Positions 37,107-51,239 of a stretch of DNA of 64,000 nucleotides are shown piece after piece; positions within the stretch are counted from its first letter, which is position 1, and each line of letters opens with the position of its first letter. Under the pieces are notes generated by a model. That model had not been told where the DNA came from and did no database searches. It saw only the letters and a program-made list of their open reading frames with translations. Source of the DNA: Camelus ferus (taxonomy: Eukaryota); contig NC_045696.1 of NCBI RefSeq assembly GCF_009834535.1, positions 120,840,001 through 120,904,000 of the forward strand. Reading direction: 5' to 3'. Made by a program: the position numbers and the translations under genes.

Positions 37107-38089
37107 GTAAGTAAAAAACACTTCGTACGAATCTTGAGCTGGCTGCTGTGTGCGTGCAGCTCTTAGCTGATTAAAAACTTGGAGTGCCTTCACTTTGCTG
37201 TTTGCATTAAAGTAAGAATTGAGTAAGAAGTAGAGAAGCTCCTTAAATGGTATATTCAGGTGAGGTTTCTAAAGGCATTTCGGCAGGTGAGTACCCAAAT
37301 GGCCTGGAGCAGGGAAATGGGGTAGATATATATGAAAATAAGATTTTTATGCGTGCCAAAGTCTCAGTTACAGCATTGCTTCCACCTAACTTGATTGGGA
37401 CTTCATGAGTGAGAACATAACAATTGTCTGCAGTTTTAGAAGTGTCATAAAATGCAAATTAATGGTAATTTGCATTTGAGGTGAGTAAAGTGTCCTGAAG
37501 TGATTTGCTGGTGGCCCTCCCTGTACCTGAACTAGTCTGAGATACACGACTTGAGCTGAAGAAGGCAGACGAAGCCGAGGTATGTGGAATGAATCCAGTA
37601 GTGAGGATAACTGACAGATCACTTGATACCAAGGATCTAGTCTAGAATCTCTTGGACAGGAGTTGTTCATCATCAGAAGCTCTACAGCATATTACATACT
37701 GGCCTCATTCAGCTTTCAGATGTTTTCTTTCACCTGCATAGTTGTTTCTTTTTTAATCTAAATTAGTTGCCAGTATTCAAAAGTGGACAGCTCTCATAAA
37801 ATTGAGCTTTTCATCTTCTCTTAAAAAAAAATCAAAAGATTGTTTACTTTGTTAACACTGCTGCCTACATAGCCAATCTGGGCTGGAGCTGGGAGGCGGT
37901 GGCTCTCTCCAGACAGACCCCGGACTCCTCTCCAGTTACCCACATTCCTGCCACTCCTGTCTCTTACAGCCAGCTGCATCATACCTTTCCACTGCCTGCC
38001 TGCCTCTGTAGATGTGTGACTTTAGAACTCTGCTAAAATCAGAAACAGTCGTGACTGTGACTGCTCACAAAGTCCTAGGATGCTACAGG

Positions 38090-38240
38090 AAAGGCAGTGC
38101 AAGTGTCACGGTTAAGACCACAGGCTTTGAAGGTGAACAGCTGAGTAAGTAAAACTGGTCTTGTTCTTCACTGAGATTAAGGTTATGGAGGTTCCTAGTC
38201 TGAGCTTCAGTTTTCTTATCTGTAGACTATATTGTTTTAT
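38090..38240 (+). mobile_element. MIR SINE remnant
   Basis: GGTTAAGACCACAGGCTTTG and CTGAGCTTCAGTTTTCTTATCTGTA core. Confidence 0.5.
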
Positions 38241-39210
38241 AACAGGGTTGAACAAGATATCTGTATATATATATATATATAAATCAAGAGAAATATAGTA
38301 GTAAAACATAACAAATAAATATGAGATAAATTTATTTGTAAATATGTGTATAAAATATAGATGTCACATTGTCTTACATACAATTACTACTTACTAACAG
38401 TCAAGATTCATCTTATTTATAAGTAATTCAAGTTAAAGAAATAATTAAAGGAAGCGTAATAAAACTTTTTTAGTCACCACTCAGTAACTGCAACTAGAAC
38501 TGTCTACTAAATGGAAATGTTTCTTTTGCATTCCACTTTTAAGACAAAAATCTCTCAAACAAAGCAATTTGGTATTGGGTATGTGATTTTCAAAACATCT
38601 AGGATCTTTCTTGAGATTGTTAACAGTTTTCATGTCATCCGTTCGTGTCTCTACGGCTGTCCAAGAGAAATTGGTCCTCAGAATGTGGACCTCTTAACTG
38701 AGTAAGACAGCAGCTTATGAGCGATCGTTATGTTTGATACACGCATGGAGGCAAGAAACCAAACTCCTGTTTTTAAGATCCTTTCCCAAGAGTGCTCTGG
38801 TCAAAGCACAGTAACTAGTACCACCCATTCTCAAAGCAATTTGGTTAGATAAGGTTTTACACTCTGCTTTACATACCAGGTCATAAACATAGGGAATTGG
38901 TTAATGTTAAGAGATGCTTAGAAAGTTCATACTCTAAAAAGATTTCTGTAATGTTATGAACGCTGATCCCTTAATAGATGAGAGTAGATCTGACTCCCTT
39001 CATTGTTTTGAAGACATACCCCTAACTTTATGAGATAATAAAGAAAGTATTGGAACTTTTGCAGTCTGCCCCTTGGTATTCCTTGTTAAAGGAGTGGCAT
39101 GGATACACCGTGCGTCCTAGCTGGTTTGCAGGGCACTGATTACCAGCCCCTGTAAACTGTAGGTTCATGTGCACTTTAGATTTAATCAAATAACTTTTCC
39201 AGTAGATTGT

Positions 39211-39243
39211 TGCAGTTTATCACTTTGCCACTTGGGGGCACCA
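39211..39243 (+). promoter_or_regulatory. Candidate CTCF site with upstream module
   Basis: TGCAGTTTA-N5-TTGCCACTTGGGGGCACC. Confidence 0.5.
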
Positions 39244-39669
39244 CTCTACCATTGACGTTTGTCATATACTATCAATTTGTGGATTTTAATTACAATGAAA
39301 ATACCACATTCCTTTACATTTTTATTGACTTTCTGCATTTGCTATGGGACTAAAAAATAAAAGCCACTGGCACTACACTTGATAAATGTATGCTTGGAGA
39401 GAAGGGTTTTTTTATTTTGGCAAAAAAAATCTGACATTTTTTCAGTAAGCACAGTAGAATAAAATTAAGCTTAAGTAATGAATGAGGTAGAGGTTTTTAC
39501 CTTATATTCTGTGTCATAAAATTCATAATACAATATTTGGAAATATTTTCTTTCATAATTATAGAAAACTCTGGTCTAATGGATAAGAAGATGTGGTAGT
39601 GTTAACTCACTTTCCTAAATATTGTTCTAATTCTAGTTCATAATTTTATACTTTTGTCAAGCTGTCAAT

Positions 39670-42600
39670 TATTTTTAAACCACAAGATTCTGATAAGCTA
39701 AGAAGTTACTCTCGGCAAGGTAGCAGGATACACGATTAACGTACAGAAAACTGTTGCGTTTCTTTACACTAACAATGAAATAGCAGAAAGAGAAAGTAAA
39801 AATGCAATGCTTTTTATTTTTTTAAACTTTTTTTATTGAGTTATAGTCATTTTACAATGTTGTGTCAAATTCCAGTGTAGAGCACAATTTTTCAGTTATA
39901 CATGAACATACATATATTCATTGTCACATTTTTTTTCGCTGTGAGCTACCACATGATCTTGTGTATGTTTCCCTGTGCTATACAGTATAATCTTGTTTAT
40001 CTATTCTACATATGCCTGTCAATATGTACAAATTTTGAACTCCCAGTCTATCCCTTCCCACCCCTTGCCGCCTTGGCAACCACAAGTTTGTATTCTATGT
40101 CTGTGAGTCTGTTTCTGTCTTGTATTTATGATTAACTGATTGATTGATTGATTTTAGAGTCCACATATGAGTGATCTCATACGGTATTTTTCTTTCTCTT
40201 TCTGGCTTACTTCACTTAGAATGACATTCTCCAGGAACATCCACGTTGCTGCAAGTGGCGTTATGTTGTCATTTTTATGGCTGAATAGTATTCCATTGTA
40301 TAAATATACCACTTCTTCTTTATCCAGTTATCTGTCAATGGACATTTAAGCTGTTTCCATGTCTTGGCTATTGTAAATAGTGCTGCTATGAACAGTGGGG
40401 TTCAGGTGTCATTTTGGAGTAGGGTTCCTTCTGGATACATGCCCAGGAGTGGGATTCCTGGGTCATACGGTAAGTCTATTCCTAGTCTTTGGAGGAATCT
40501 CCATACTGTTTTCCACAGTGGCTGCACCAAACTGCATTCCCACCAGCAGTGTAGGAGGGTTCCCTTTTCTCCACAGCCTCTCCAGCATTTGTCATTTGTG
40601 GACTTTTGAATGCTGGCCATTCTGGCTGGTGTGAGGTGAAAACTCACTGCAGTTTTGATTTGCATTTCTTTGATAATTAGTGTCACTAATATTGAGCATT
40701 TTTTCATGTGCCTATTGATCATTTGTATGTCTTCATTTGAGAATTGCTTGTTTAGGTCTTTTGCCCATTTTTGGATTGGATTGTTTGTTTCTTATTATGT
40801 CGTATGAGCTGCTTGTATATTCTGGAGATCAAGCCTTTGTCGGTTACATTTGCATACATTTTCTCCCATTTCATAGGTTGTCATTTTGTTTTACTTATGG
40901 TTTCCTTTGCTGTGCAGAAGCTTTTAAGTTTCATTAGGTCCCATTTGTTTATTCTTGCTTTTATTTGTGTTGCTTGGGTAGACTGCCCTAGGAGAGCATT
41001 GCTGAGATGTATGTGAGATAATGTTTTGCCTATGTTTTCTTCTAGGAGGCTTATTGTGTCTTGTCTTATTTAAGTCTTTGATCCATTTTGAGTTTATTTT
41101 GCTTCCAATCCAGGAGCATGGGATATCTTTTCACTTTTTTTAAGCTTCTTTAATTTCCTTAATCAGTGTTTTATAGTTTTCTGTGTATAAGTCTTTCACC
41201 TCCTTGGTTAGATTTATTCCTTGGTACTTTATTACTCTGGGTGCTATTTTAAAGGAGATTGGTTCTTTGCTTTCTTTTTCTGTTGATTTATCATTAATGT
41301 AAAGAAATGCAACTTATTTTTGAACGTTAATCTTGTAACCTGCTACCTTGCTGAATTCTTCAATCAGCTCTAGTAGTTTTTGTGTGGACCTTTTAGGATT
41401 TTCTATATATAGTATCATGTCATCTCCATGTAGTGACACTTTTATCTCTTCTTTTTCAATTTGGATCCCTTTTATTTCTCTCTCTTGCCTGATCAGCTGT
41501 GGCTAGGACTTCCAAGACTATGTTGAATAGGAGTGGTGATAGTGGGCAGCCTTGTCTTGTCCCAGATTTTAGTGGGAAGCTTTTGAGTTTTTCACTGTTA
41601 AGCACTATGCTGACTGTAGGTTTGTCATATATATCTTACGTGATATGCTTCCTCTATACCCACTTTGGTGAGTTTTTATCATAAATGGGTATTGGATTTT
41701 ATCAAATGCTTTTTCTACATCTATTGAGATGATCATGTGGTTTTTGTCCTTTCTCTTGTTGATGTGATGTATTACATTGATTGATTTGTGTATGTTGAAC
41801 CACCCTTGTGTCCCTGGGATGAAGCCCACTTGATCATGATGTATAATCTTTTTTATGTGCTGTTGGATTCTATTTGATAATATTTTGGTAAGGATTTTTG
41901 CATCTATGTTCATCAGTGATATTGGTCTGTAATTCTCTTTTTTGGTGATGTCTTTGCCTGGTTTTGGTATTATAATGCCTTTTAAAATTGCATCAAAAAA
42001 TAAAATACTGATCAAAGAGGTGAAAGACTTATTTTCTGAGAACTATGAAATACTGATAAAGGAGATTGAAAATGGTTCAAAGAAATGGAAAGATACCCTG
42101 TGCTCTTGGATTGAAAGAATTAATAGTTAAAATGGCCATACTACCTAAAGCAATCTACCGATTTAATGCAATCCCTATCATATTACTCAGGACATTTTTC
42201 ACAGAGCTAGACAGATAATCCCAAAATTTGTATGAAACTTTAAAACACCCAGAATTGTCAAAGCAATACTGAAGAAAAAGAACGAAGCTAGAGGAATAAC
42301 CCTCCCAGACTTCAGACAATGCTACAGAGCTACAGTAATCAAGACAGCATGGTACTGGCAGAAAAACAGACACATGGATCAATGGAATAGAATAGAGAGC
42401 CCAGAAATAAACCCACACGCTTATGGTCAATTAATCTACAACAGAGGAGGCAAAAATATACATTGGAGAAAATACAGTTCTCTTCAGCAAGTGATGTTGG
42501 GAAACCTGGACAGCTGCATGTAAATCAATGAAGTTAGAACACTCCCTCACATCATACACAAAAATAAACTCAAAATGGCTTAAAGACTTAAATATAATTA

Positions 42601-43602
42601 TGACACCATAAAATTCCTAGAAGAGAACACAGGCAAAACATTTTCTGACATAAATTGTAGCAGTGTTCTCCTAGGGCAATAGAAATAAAGCAAAAATAAA
42701 TAGATCTAATCAAACATAAGATTTTGCACAGCAAAGGAAACCATAAACAAAATGAAAAGACAACAGCTCATATAACTTAATAACAAAAACAACAACCACC
42801 CAATCTAAGAATGGGCAGAAGGGCTAAATAGACATTTCTCCAAAGAAGACATATAGATGGCCAACAGGCATGTGAAAAGATGCTCAACTCTCTTACATTA
42901 TTGATGGAAATGTAAATTGGTGCAGCCATTATGGAAAACAGGTGGAGATTCCTTAGTAAACTAAAAATAGACTTACCATATGATCCAGCATTCCCATTCT
43001 TGGGTATATATCCGGAGGGAACTCTAATTGAAAAGACACATGCATCCCAATGTTCTTAGCACTATTTACAATAGCCAAGACATGAAAACAACCTGAATGT
43101 CCATCGACAGATGATTGGATAAATAAGTTGTGGTATATATACACAGTGGAATACTACTCAGCCATAAAAAGAATAAAGTAATGCCATTTGCAGCAACATG
43201 GATGGACCTAGAGATTATCATACTAAGTGAAATAAGCCAGAAAGAGAAAGAAAAATACTGTATGATATCACATATGGAATCTTTTAAAAAATGACACACA
43301 CAAATGAACTTATTTACAAAACAGAAACAGACTCACAGACATAGAAAAGAAACTTATGGCTACCAAAGGGGGAAAATGGGGGAGGGATAAATTAGGAGTT
43401 TGGGATTAACAGATACAAACTACTGTATGTAAAATAGATAAACAACACACAGGGAACTATATTCAATATCCTGTAATAAACCATAATGGAAAAGAATATG
43501 AAAAAGAATAAGTATTTATATGTATATGTATAACTCAGTCACTGTTGAACACCAGAAGCTAACACAATATTATAAATCAATTCTACTTCAATTAAAAAAA
43601 AA
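39670..43602 (+). mobile_element. 5'-truncated L1 (host element; 39670-39815 and 41974-43602), interrupted by an antisense L1
   Basis: ORF2 sequence is continuous across the interruption ([14 protein letters not shown]); 3' UTR and poly(A) at ~43593-43602. Confidence 0.9.
39816..41973 (-). mobile_element. Younger 5'-truncated L1 nested in the host L1
   Basis: RT-domain ORF (PKPGKD...[15 protein letters not shown]...DQVGFIPG...EKAFDKIQ), T-rich tail at ~39811-39834, internal deletion at ~41101. Confidence 0.92.
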
Positions 43603-44616
43603 GTAAGGGAGCAATAACAAAAATAAAAAACCCAACAGTCTGGGTCCATTATTGCAAAGCTAAATGTCTTCTCCTTACCTCGGTCACTCCTGAGAGCACC
43701 TCAGGCTTCCAGCCCAGTACCCTAGTACTGTGTTGAGATGTAATCACTAACAGGGGTGGGTCGAAGGGTCCAGGATTTGAAGGACAGAACCACAGTTAAG
43801 CCGCCACATTAGGATTCATTTCTCAGCTTTTCATCTAATACACCTGGAGTTGGTCAGTCTCGGTGAGGTCCTTAGGTTAACCAGACTAGACAAGATGAAT
43901 CAACACATCATGATGCCACATCTTAATTCTGGGCCTGGGATGAATAGTATCTCCTTTCATGTGCCTTCCCACCATTTTCTGGTGTGAGTCTGGAGAAGTT
44001 GAATATCTAATCAGAAGTGAAAATATAACTAAAACAAAGTAGGTGAAATAGTTAGACGGTTCCTCAGTTAAGCCAGATAAAGGGTCTCTTCTTCTTAGCA
44101 GAGAACATCATCCCAAGGGACCGTTTTCCAGGGAGCCCTCAGAGCCAGTGTGTCTCCTGAACAGCTCCAGATGCACGTACTTAATGTTAACCCCTGGTTA
44201 CCTCCTTTTCCAATATTGAAAGTAATATATTTGTTTGACAAAAAGCGCAGGCATGCATAAAGCAAGAAAATAATCTGTAACCCTGCTGTCCAACTTCTGG
44301 TCTTTTCTGTATGTGTTGACAAATATTTATTTACTCTTCTAAAGAAACATGGCATTGGTCACAGCGATTGTGTCAGAGATGGAGGACAAAGAGTGAAGGA
44401 GACTTACTTTTCACTGAACCCTTTTGGTACATTTGGAAATTGGAATTTTGTACTATGTGCAAGCTTAGAGAAATCCACAAAGTAAATTTTAAAAATGCTA
44501 CATATTTATTCACCAAATCTGTTCACTGTTTTCTGGTCACCTGCTCTTCAAGGAACTTGAGTTGGGTGGTTCTGAACCATGGCTGAACAGTAAATAATAT
44601 TAAAAATACACGTTTA

Positions 44617-44740
44617 GATGGTCGCTAGACTTTTCATGGTGATGATTTCATAATGCATGCAAATGTCAAATCTCTATGTAGTACACCTGAAACTAACATA
44701 ATATTGTACATCAACTATATTTCAATTAACAAAAAGAAAG
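44617..44740 (+). mobile_element. Short L1 3' terminus
   Basis: GTACACCTGAAACTAACATAATATTGTACATCAACTATATTTCAATT plus A tail; approximate TSD AAAAATACAC..TTTA. Confidence 0.65.
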
Positions 44741-45079
44741 AAAAAATACACATGTTTAAGTCAGGCCCCAATACATTGTGTTTTAGTTGGGCCACACCCC
44801 AGGCATCTGGATTTTTCGAGAGCTTCCAGGTGATTTGAATGTTCAGCTAGGCTTGAGAGTATCTGGTCCAATAGGAGAAACACTAATTGTATGATCATAA
44901 AAGTAAATAATTACAAACTGCTGTAACAACAATGAAAGAAAAGGCTTGGTTGCTCTAGGTACACAGACTTTGCTCAGCTGGCGGGGTCTGTCCAGCTGAG
45001 GCAAGGCTTCCCTAAGAACATGATGTTTCAGCTGAGACCTCAAGAAGATTAAGAAGTAGCCAGTGATTTGCACACTTTA

Positions 45080-45257
45080 TTAGGCATCAAAACTGCAGGT
45101 TGGTTGTATCAACCTGCAGGGAGGGCAGGTTGATACACAAGATTGCTGGGCTGTACTCCTAAACTTCTGTTTTAGCAAGACTGAGGGGGGCTGGAGAATT
45201 TCCGTTTCTAACGGCTATTGCTGCCAGCCTGAGTGCTACACTTTGAGGACCACTGAA
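45080..45257. mobile_element. MER5A-like MITE
   Basis: GATTGCTGGGC...GAGAATTT..TTTCTAAC...CACTTTGAGGACCACTG. Confidence 0.55.
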
Positions 45258-48200
45258 CTAGGTAAAAGGATGGGAGAGCAGTTCTGGTCAGTGTCTATCA
45301 TTTTTCATCTTTTTTTTCTGAAGCACTGAAATATAAATACTTCCCCATCTTCTCGAATACTCTTGAAAACATTTTAAATGCCTGTATAGTAGTAGTCCAC
45401 TGGGTGACTTCAGTAGCTTCTTCTTTCCGGGTGTGTAGATTCTGGTACCCTCTTTGAAGTACTAGTGAAAAACTCTCAGGCCTTTTTGCATCCTCAGAAA
45501 TTTCATGTAATAACTGTCTCAGCATAGCCTTTCTGCCAGTGGTGTAAGTCTGGAAAACAAATGAAGAACCAAGCTTCAGTCCCTGAGCAGTGGTGGGCAC
45601 CCGTGCTTTCCATGGAAGCATGTTGTAGAGGATGGCTGTGTTTGCTGAGCTGCTCAGTAGCAATTAGGAAAAAAGGATTTCATCCATTTTCGAGTTTATT
45701 TCTGACACATTAAGAAATGGAGAATCAGTTTTCATACTGTAAGGAATGAAAAGCCTCCCTTTCTGTGTATAAGTTCTCACTGTTTATAAAAATGAATGTT
45801 ATTTTCTCTTAGAGAATTAATAAATTGATTAGAGTAGCCTTCCAGTGTCAAAAATAATTAAAAATGAGTAATAGTTCTTACTAGAATGCATAGACTTTGT
45901 AATATTTGAAACAACCTTTCAGTGACTCAGAGTGTGACAGTAATTTCGGCTATTTAATAGCAAAGAGCCTTCAGCAAAGCTACTGTGTTTATATATTGCA
46001 CCTAATAACACCTATTTATGGATTTCTGTCTGATTTACTGAATTATTTTTGCGTATCCTTACTTTCAGTTTTGAGTCATTCTGAATAAAACATTGGTAGA
46101 TTTAATGAGTCCACTTTTAGCCTATTCTCTGTACTCTTATTAAAGCTATTATTTCTATATTATGAGCAGGAGTTCTCTCCAGTGGGAATGTGTGACAGTA
46201 GAATCGGGTTCTTGAGTGGGCTGCATTAATGCAATAGGATTCAGTGGTTTATGCAGGGGAGAGTTATGAAAGCTATTTGGGGGAAACTAATGATTTCTTT
46301 CCATTTTGCCCTGTCAAAAGATACAGTTTTCTTCAGTTTTCCATTGTAGTGATCAGGTTTTTTCCCCCTTAAAATCTTCAGTCTTTTAAGAGATTATAAT
46401 ATGAATGCATCTTGAAATCTCTTGTAAAATATTTCACGTTCTGGAGGACAGTGTGCACAGACACCCCCCCACCCCAGGTAAATCTGGGCAGGCTACATTT
46501 GAACTTGGACTTCACTTTGGTGTTTCCAGTTCTTGGTCTGCAGTAACTCAAGCCTCTGAGCTTCTGGCTGTCTTACATTTATTTAAGGTCTGAGAGCTGG
46601 AATGGACAGAGACGGCAGGTGCACACTTTGACTTACCTCAGTCAGCATAATGAAGTCAACATTAAGGGTAAATGATTTACATTTTCCTGAGGCTGCTTTG
46701 CTGCACATATTAGCATAAAAGAAGCCATGAGCTTTTTATCTGGTTTCTAACATTTACAGATGAGAGATGACTAATAAATAAAATATTTTAGGATGAGTAG
46801 GATGCAGGGAAACCCTCAGTTTCATTTTGGCTTGGGCAGGGGGCCAAAGAAGCTTACTTTGAAGACCGAATCACCAAAAGCATTTAGCAGGAAGACAACA
46901 GCACACAAGAAGCCCTTTTTTTCCAATGCTTTTTTCTTACGTTATTTGAAAGAAAATGAAAGTAATCTGTTTAAAATACCACAGATAGACTGTTGACAGG
47001 AGAAGAATGTAGAAAAATCACTGTAACGTGTTTATTAGATTTTGAGACTGGCTGTTTAAATTCTTGACTTCTGCCAACCACTCTGTTCTTCCAGTGTATT
47101 GTTTTAGTGGATTTGTGAGGAGGGAAGCTAATGGTTCTGCAAACACTGAGTAATATCCCCAGGAAATAAGAAATACTAGTCTTCATTTGAATGTATGAGA
47201 TGAGGGGAGGGATATCTAAGCGATTTTTGTAAATAGTAATTTTTAAATGTAATATGAAATGCTCGTCCTTTACATTATCATTGTTGACTCCCCCAGGTTT
47301 TAAAAACACAAGATTCATGGATGATGAATTTGTGCCTATGATTTCAAATGTGATTTTGCCTCATTTATTCAATAAATAAAACAAAATATTTTAAGGATGA
47401 ATGCATAATATGCAAGAAACAAAACTTCATGAGTGTAGAACAGGTCAAGTTTTGTTTTCTCCCGGTAACAAAGGAAGGACTTTTTTTCTGGCAAGATGTG
47501 TTATCGCAAAGACTGAGCTGATTTTTAATAGATTCCAGAGGAACCCCAATGACCAAATCCAAGGTTTTTAATGGCTGATGTCACACTATCTTTCAGGCTA
47601 ATTTTAATTTCCTGACCCCAAAGCATACCTCTAGTATGGTCTGTAGCTGGCCCTTCTTGTTCTTGTTCTGCTGGGGAGACCCTTCCCTCCAACAGTATCG
47701 GTGGGACACGCAGACTACTTCCTGGTCGGGGCGCAGCACGCAGCTCCCTGGGCTGTCACTGGCTCTGGCGTCCCAGTCCTTTCCCTTCGGAACTGATCCG
47801 GCTCCTTCTTTGACACATGCATTGACCTGGGAGTAGATGTGGGCAGCTTTGGCTAGTGCTCACTATTGGGAACTGAAAATTTGAATTGTGACACCGTTCA
47901 CTTTTAAATAATTTGGAGTGAGATATATCTATAACTTAATCAAAGGAAAAGGTGGAAAACTCAGGTTAAAATGAGTTTCTGGCTCACTTTATTACTCTTG
48001 AGCTGATTTTCCTGGGAAGTAAGTTCAGTTACCATGACACCCATGTCTAAGTAGTGAACTCAGAGTCACGTGCCTGACATGGGAGTCAGCAAGGGAGGAA
48101 GCAGCAAGCCTTCCATTGCTCTTAGTTTCTTGGTCATTTATTCCTAAGCTTAGCTTTTAGAACTTCTGATTTGTAAATTTATGTTTATATGGGAAATAGC

Positions 48201-48574
48201 TATAGTTGACACCAAAGATTTCTAAAAGTATGTGTACTACACACTAATTGTGCATTGTACAATTTCTTACAGTATTGAAAATAAGCAGTCAATATGGTGA
48301 CCTCGTCGCTTTGCAATACTGTGATACTCAATTTCTATTTCATAGTTTAACAAGAATGCTATCACTTCTTATTTCTCAGCTGCTTTCATAGCCCCTATTA
48401 CCTGATACTCATGAGTATGAATGAACAGTTATAAAACTTTTGACATGTTATGGGACATACTTATTAGTACAGGAGAGCTACTATTTAGTAATTATGTGAA
48501 AAAACCACCCAAGATTTTAGTTACTGAAAAAGCAAACCCTGAGCAATGAGGAAACTTTAGGAATGGTAGGCATG

Positions 48575-48700
48575 CTCATTACCACAATTGTGGAGATGGT
48601 TTCATGCGCCTATCCATAGTCAAACCTTATCAAATTATGTATTTTAAATATATGCAGTGTATATCACATGTCAATTATACCTAAATAAATGTGTTTAGAA
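48575..48700 (+). mobile_element. Old L1M 3' end
   Basis: GATGGTTTCATG...TGTCAATTATACCTAAATAAA. Confidence 0.6.
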
Positions 48701-49655
48701 AAGGCAAACCCTGGACCATGAAATATGAAACTTCTAAGGCTGTTAAACTGGTTGATTTAGCAGTTGCTAGTGATAATCATTGTGAAACTGACAGCTTAAG
48801 CTGAATGTTGCTTTTTAATCTTTGGGTTCAGACCAATCAGTCTTCTTGTTTTCAGAGAAAAATCATAGGCTTTGTTTTTCATGACCGTCATTGAGCAAGT
48901 GAGGAAGGAAGGTTAAATTCATATGTTCTAGGTTTCCAAATTTCTAAGACTAGAACCTGTGGAACATTGAAGCTTTGATTAGAATGTGGATGTCAGTTTC
49001 TTCAACTTTCCGCATGTAGTTAGCACCCAGCATTTTAATGGAAGTTTAATTGATGTTTCTACTTCCCTATTGGTTTGAGTTCGGAGAAACTCCTAAAAAC
49101 CTGAACATGTAGCATACCTGCCTCCCCTCAGGGCAGATTGAGGGAGACCTTGGCCTGACAGCCCTTCATTCCCACTCTCTCCTCTCCCTGTGTCCTCCCG
49201 CTCGTGGGCCTCGCGCAGTACAGATACTGTGGGTTTGGGGCCAAGATCAGCCTATCCAGCTTCTACAATATTGGATTTACTATTTGTTGACCAGCTGATT
49301 TTAATTCATGTGCTCTCTCAAAGATATTTCAGGACAGTGATTATTGAGCTCTAATTAGTAATTTCTGTTATTTTTAGAATTGTTTGAGAAATGAAAATCC
49401 AGAGAAGGATCAATGACAAGTGCTTTTACGAGGCAGTTAAACATTACTTAGGAAGTGAAGCATTTTAGATACTTGATATGGGTGGAACTTGACACATATC
49501 TAAAGTGATTTTAAAGTAAGCCTTACTATCTTTAAAGAAGTTGAGTTTTGGGGTAAGTGATATTCAAAAGGTTTTGAAAACATATCCATAGTTAATTTCC
49601 TCCAGGAAAAGGTTATTTCAGCATTATTTTGCCAGCCCTTAATAATCATAAAAAC

Positions 49656-49782
49656 TGTGTGTGTTTGTGTGTGTGTGTGCGCCTGTGTATATATGTACAT
49701 AAACATAAAATTGTGTGTATATGTGTATATACATAAGCATACAAGTGGATATTCGTATTTGTTTGTGTGTGTGTGTGTGTGT
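49656..49782. repeat. Imperfect (TG)n/(TA)n microsatellite cluster
   Basis: Seen directly. Confidence 0.85.
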
Positions 49783-51239
49783 CTACCCACATACGTTCTT
49801 AACTTCACAGTTTTTCAGCTCAGCACTAGTTTCAGCAGCAAAGGTTGTACTCAGCTGCTAAAAGTTATCCTGGACTGATGGACAAAGTGGTCAGGGCTCA
49901 GTATTTCACACCCCTAGAGAGACACTGGAGCACCCTGTGGGGACTTCTACTTTATACTAATTCAGAAGGCGTTAATATGGCCCCGCATTGAAAAGCCCCT
50001 GCTGGGAGGCCCTAAGCACCCTGCCTCTGCCACGTGGGGTGATTGTGGGTGTCCCCTCCACAGCTGCCACTGGCTCATCTATGCCATTAGCCAGACTCAC
50101 TCCAGGATTCCTCAGAAACTGTGTGCCTTCCTGAATAATTTATTACCTGGTAGTCAATTATTCATAACTCATTATTACAACTGAAATAAAACCTGAAGGT
50201 GGAATCATTCCACCCCTCATGAATATCCAGCAGATCATCAGGAAGCTGCAGTCGAGTTGAAGCCCTTGTGGTCCCCACTGCCTGTTTGTTCCTCTGAGGG
50301 ATTCCAAAGAGAACAGCCTTCTGAAATGGAATCAGAGTCAATGAAAGCAGTAACAAATGACTCCCCACTGGTCATGCTGCACTGGTTCATCTCTTCACGC
50401 TGTGTGTCTTTTTAATTCTGGCCTTATTTACACCTAGAAATAATATTTCATCTTGAGAGAATTTAGGAGACATTTATGGCACTGTTGGTGTATTAAACCA
50501 CTGTTAGGAGGTAAATAAGGATACAAAACTTGTCTTAGAAAATCTTTTCTGGTCCATGAGTTTCAAATAAAAAAATCTTTCCTGCGACAAAATGTGTCAG
50601 ATACCTATAGTACATTTAGTCACACTATGTTTGCTTGTTCCATCAGAGTTTTATCTGATTTCTATTTTATTTACTCATTAGATCAGATCTTTTCATATAA
50701 AGAAATGCCATGTATTTTTCACATATATTATATGAAAAACATTTTAGTAAAAGTATTGTAAAAGCATAACCAAAAGAAGCCTAATTATTTTTTCTATTGT
50801 AGAAATACAATAGGAAATTGTTTTGGCTTAAGCTAAACTAGTTAATTCTTAAAAAGTAATCACCAAGCTTTGAAAATATGTTGAAGATAGTTGGAGAGTT
50901 TGAAATTCCAGTTACTTTGGACTGTGAAGCAGAGGTTTGCCTTTGGGGTTTGGCTGCCCATGGACACCCTGCATTGAAGAGTGGGAAGGGTCTGTGATGC
51001 TCCACCTTCTGGGTGCCATCCCAGTGTGGTGGCACTTCCTGTTGTTCAGTTCCAAAAGTGAGTGAGTCCTGACTTTGAGCATAGGAGTTCTAAGACGCTG
51101 CGTTAACCTTGCCCCCGTTAAAACCCTGTCCTGTAGATAAACACCCAGACTGCTGAGCAAGCATTTTTAAGTAGAGTTTCCAGATTTTTTTGTGTTGACA
51201 TTGGTTCTCCAAATGGAATAAGGCTAAATGTTTAAGCAA

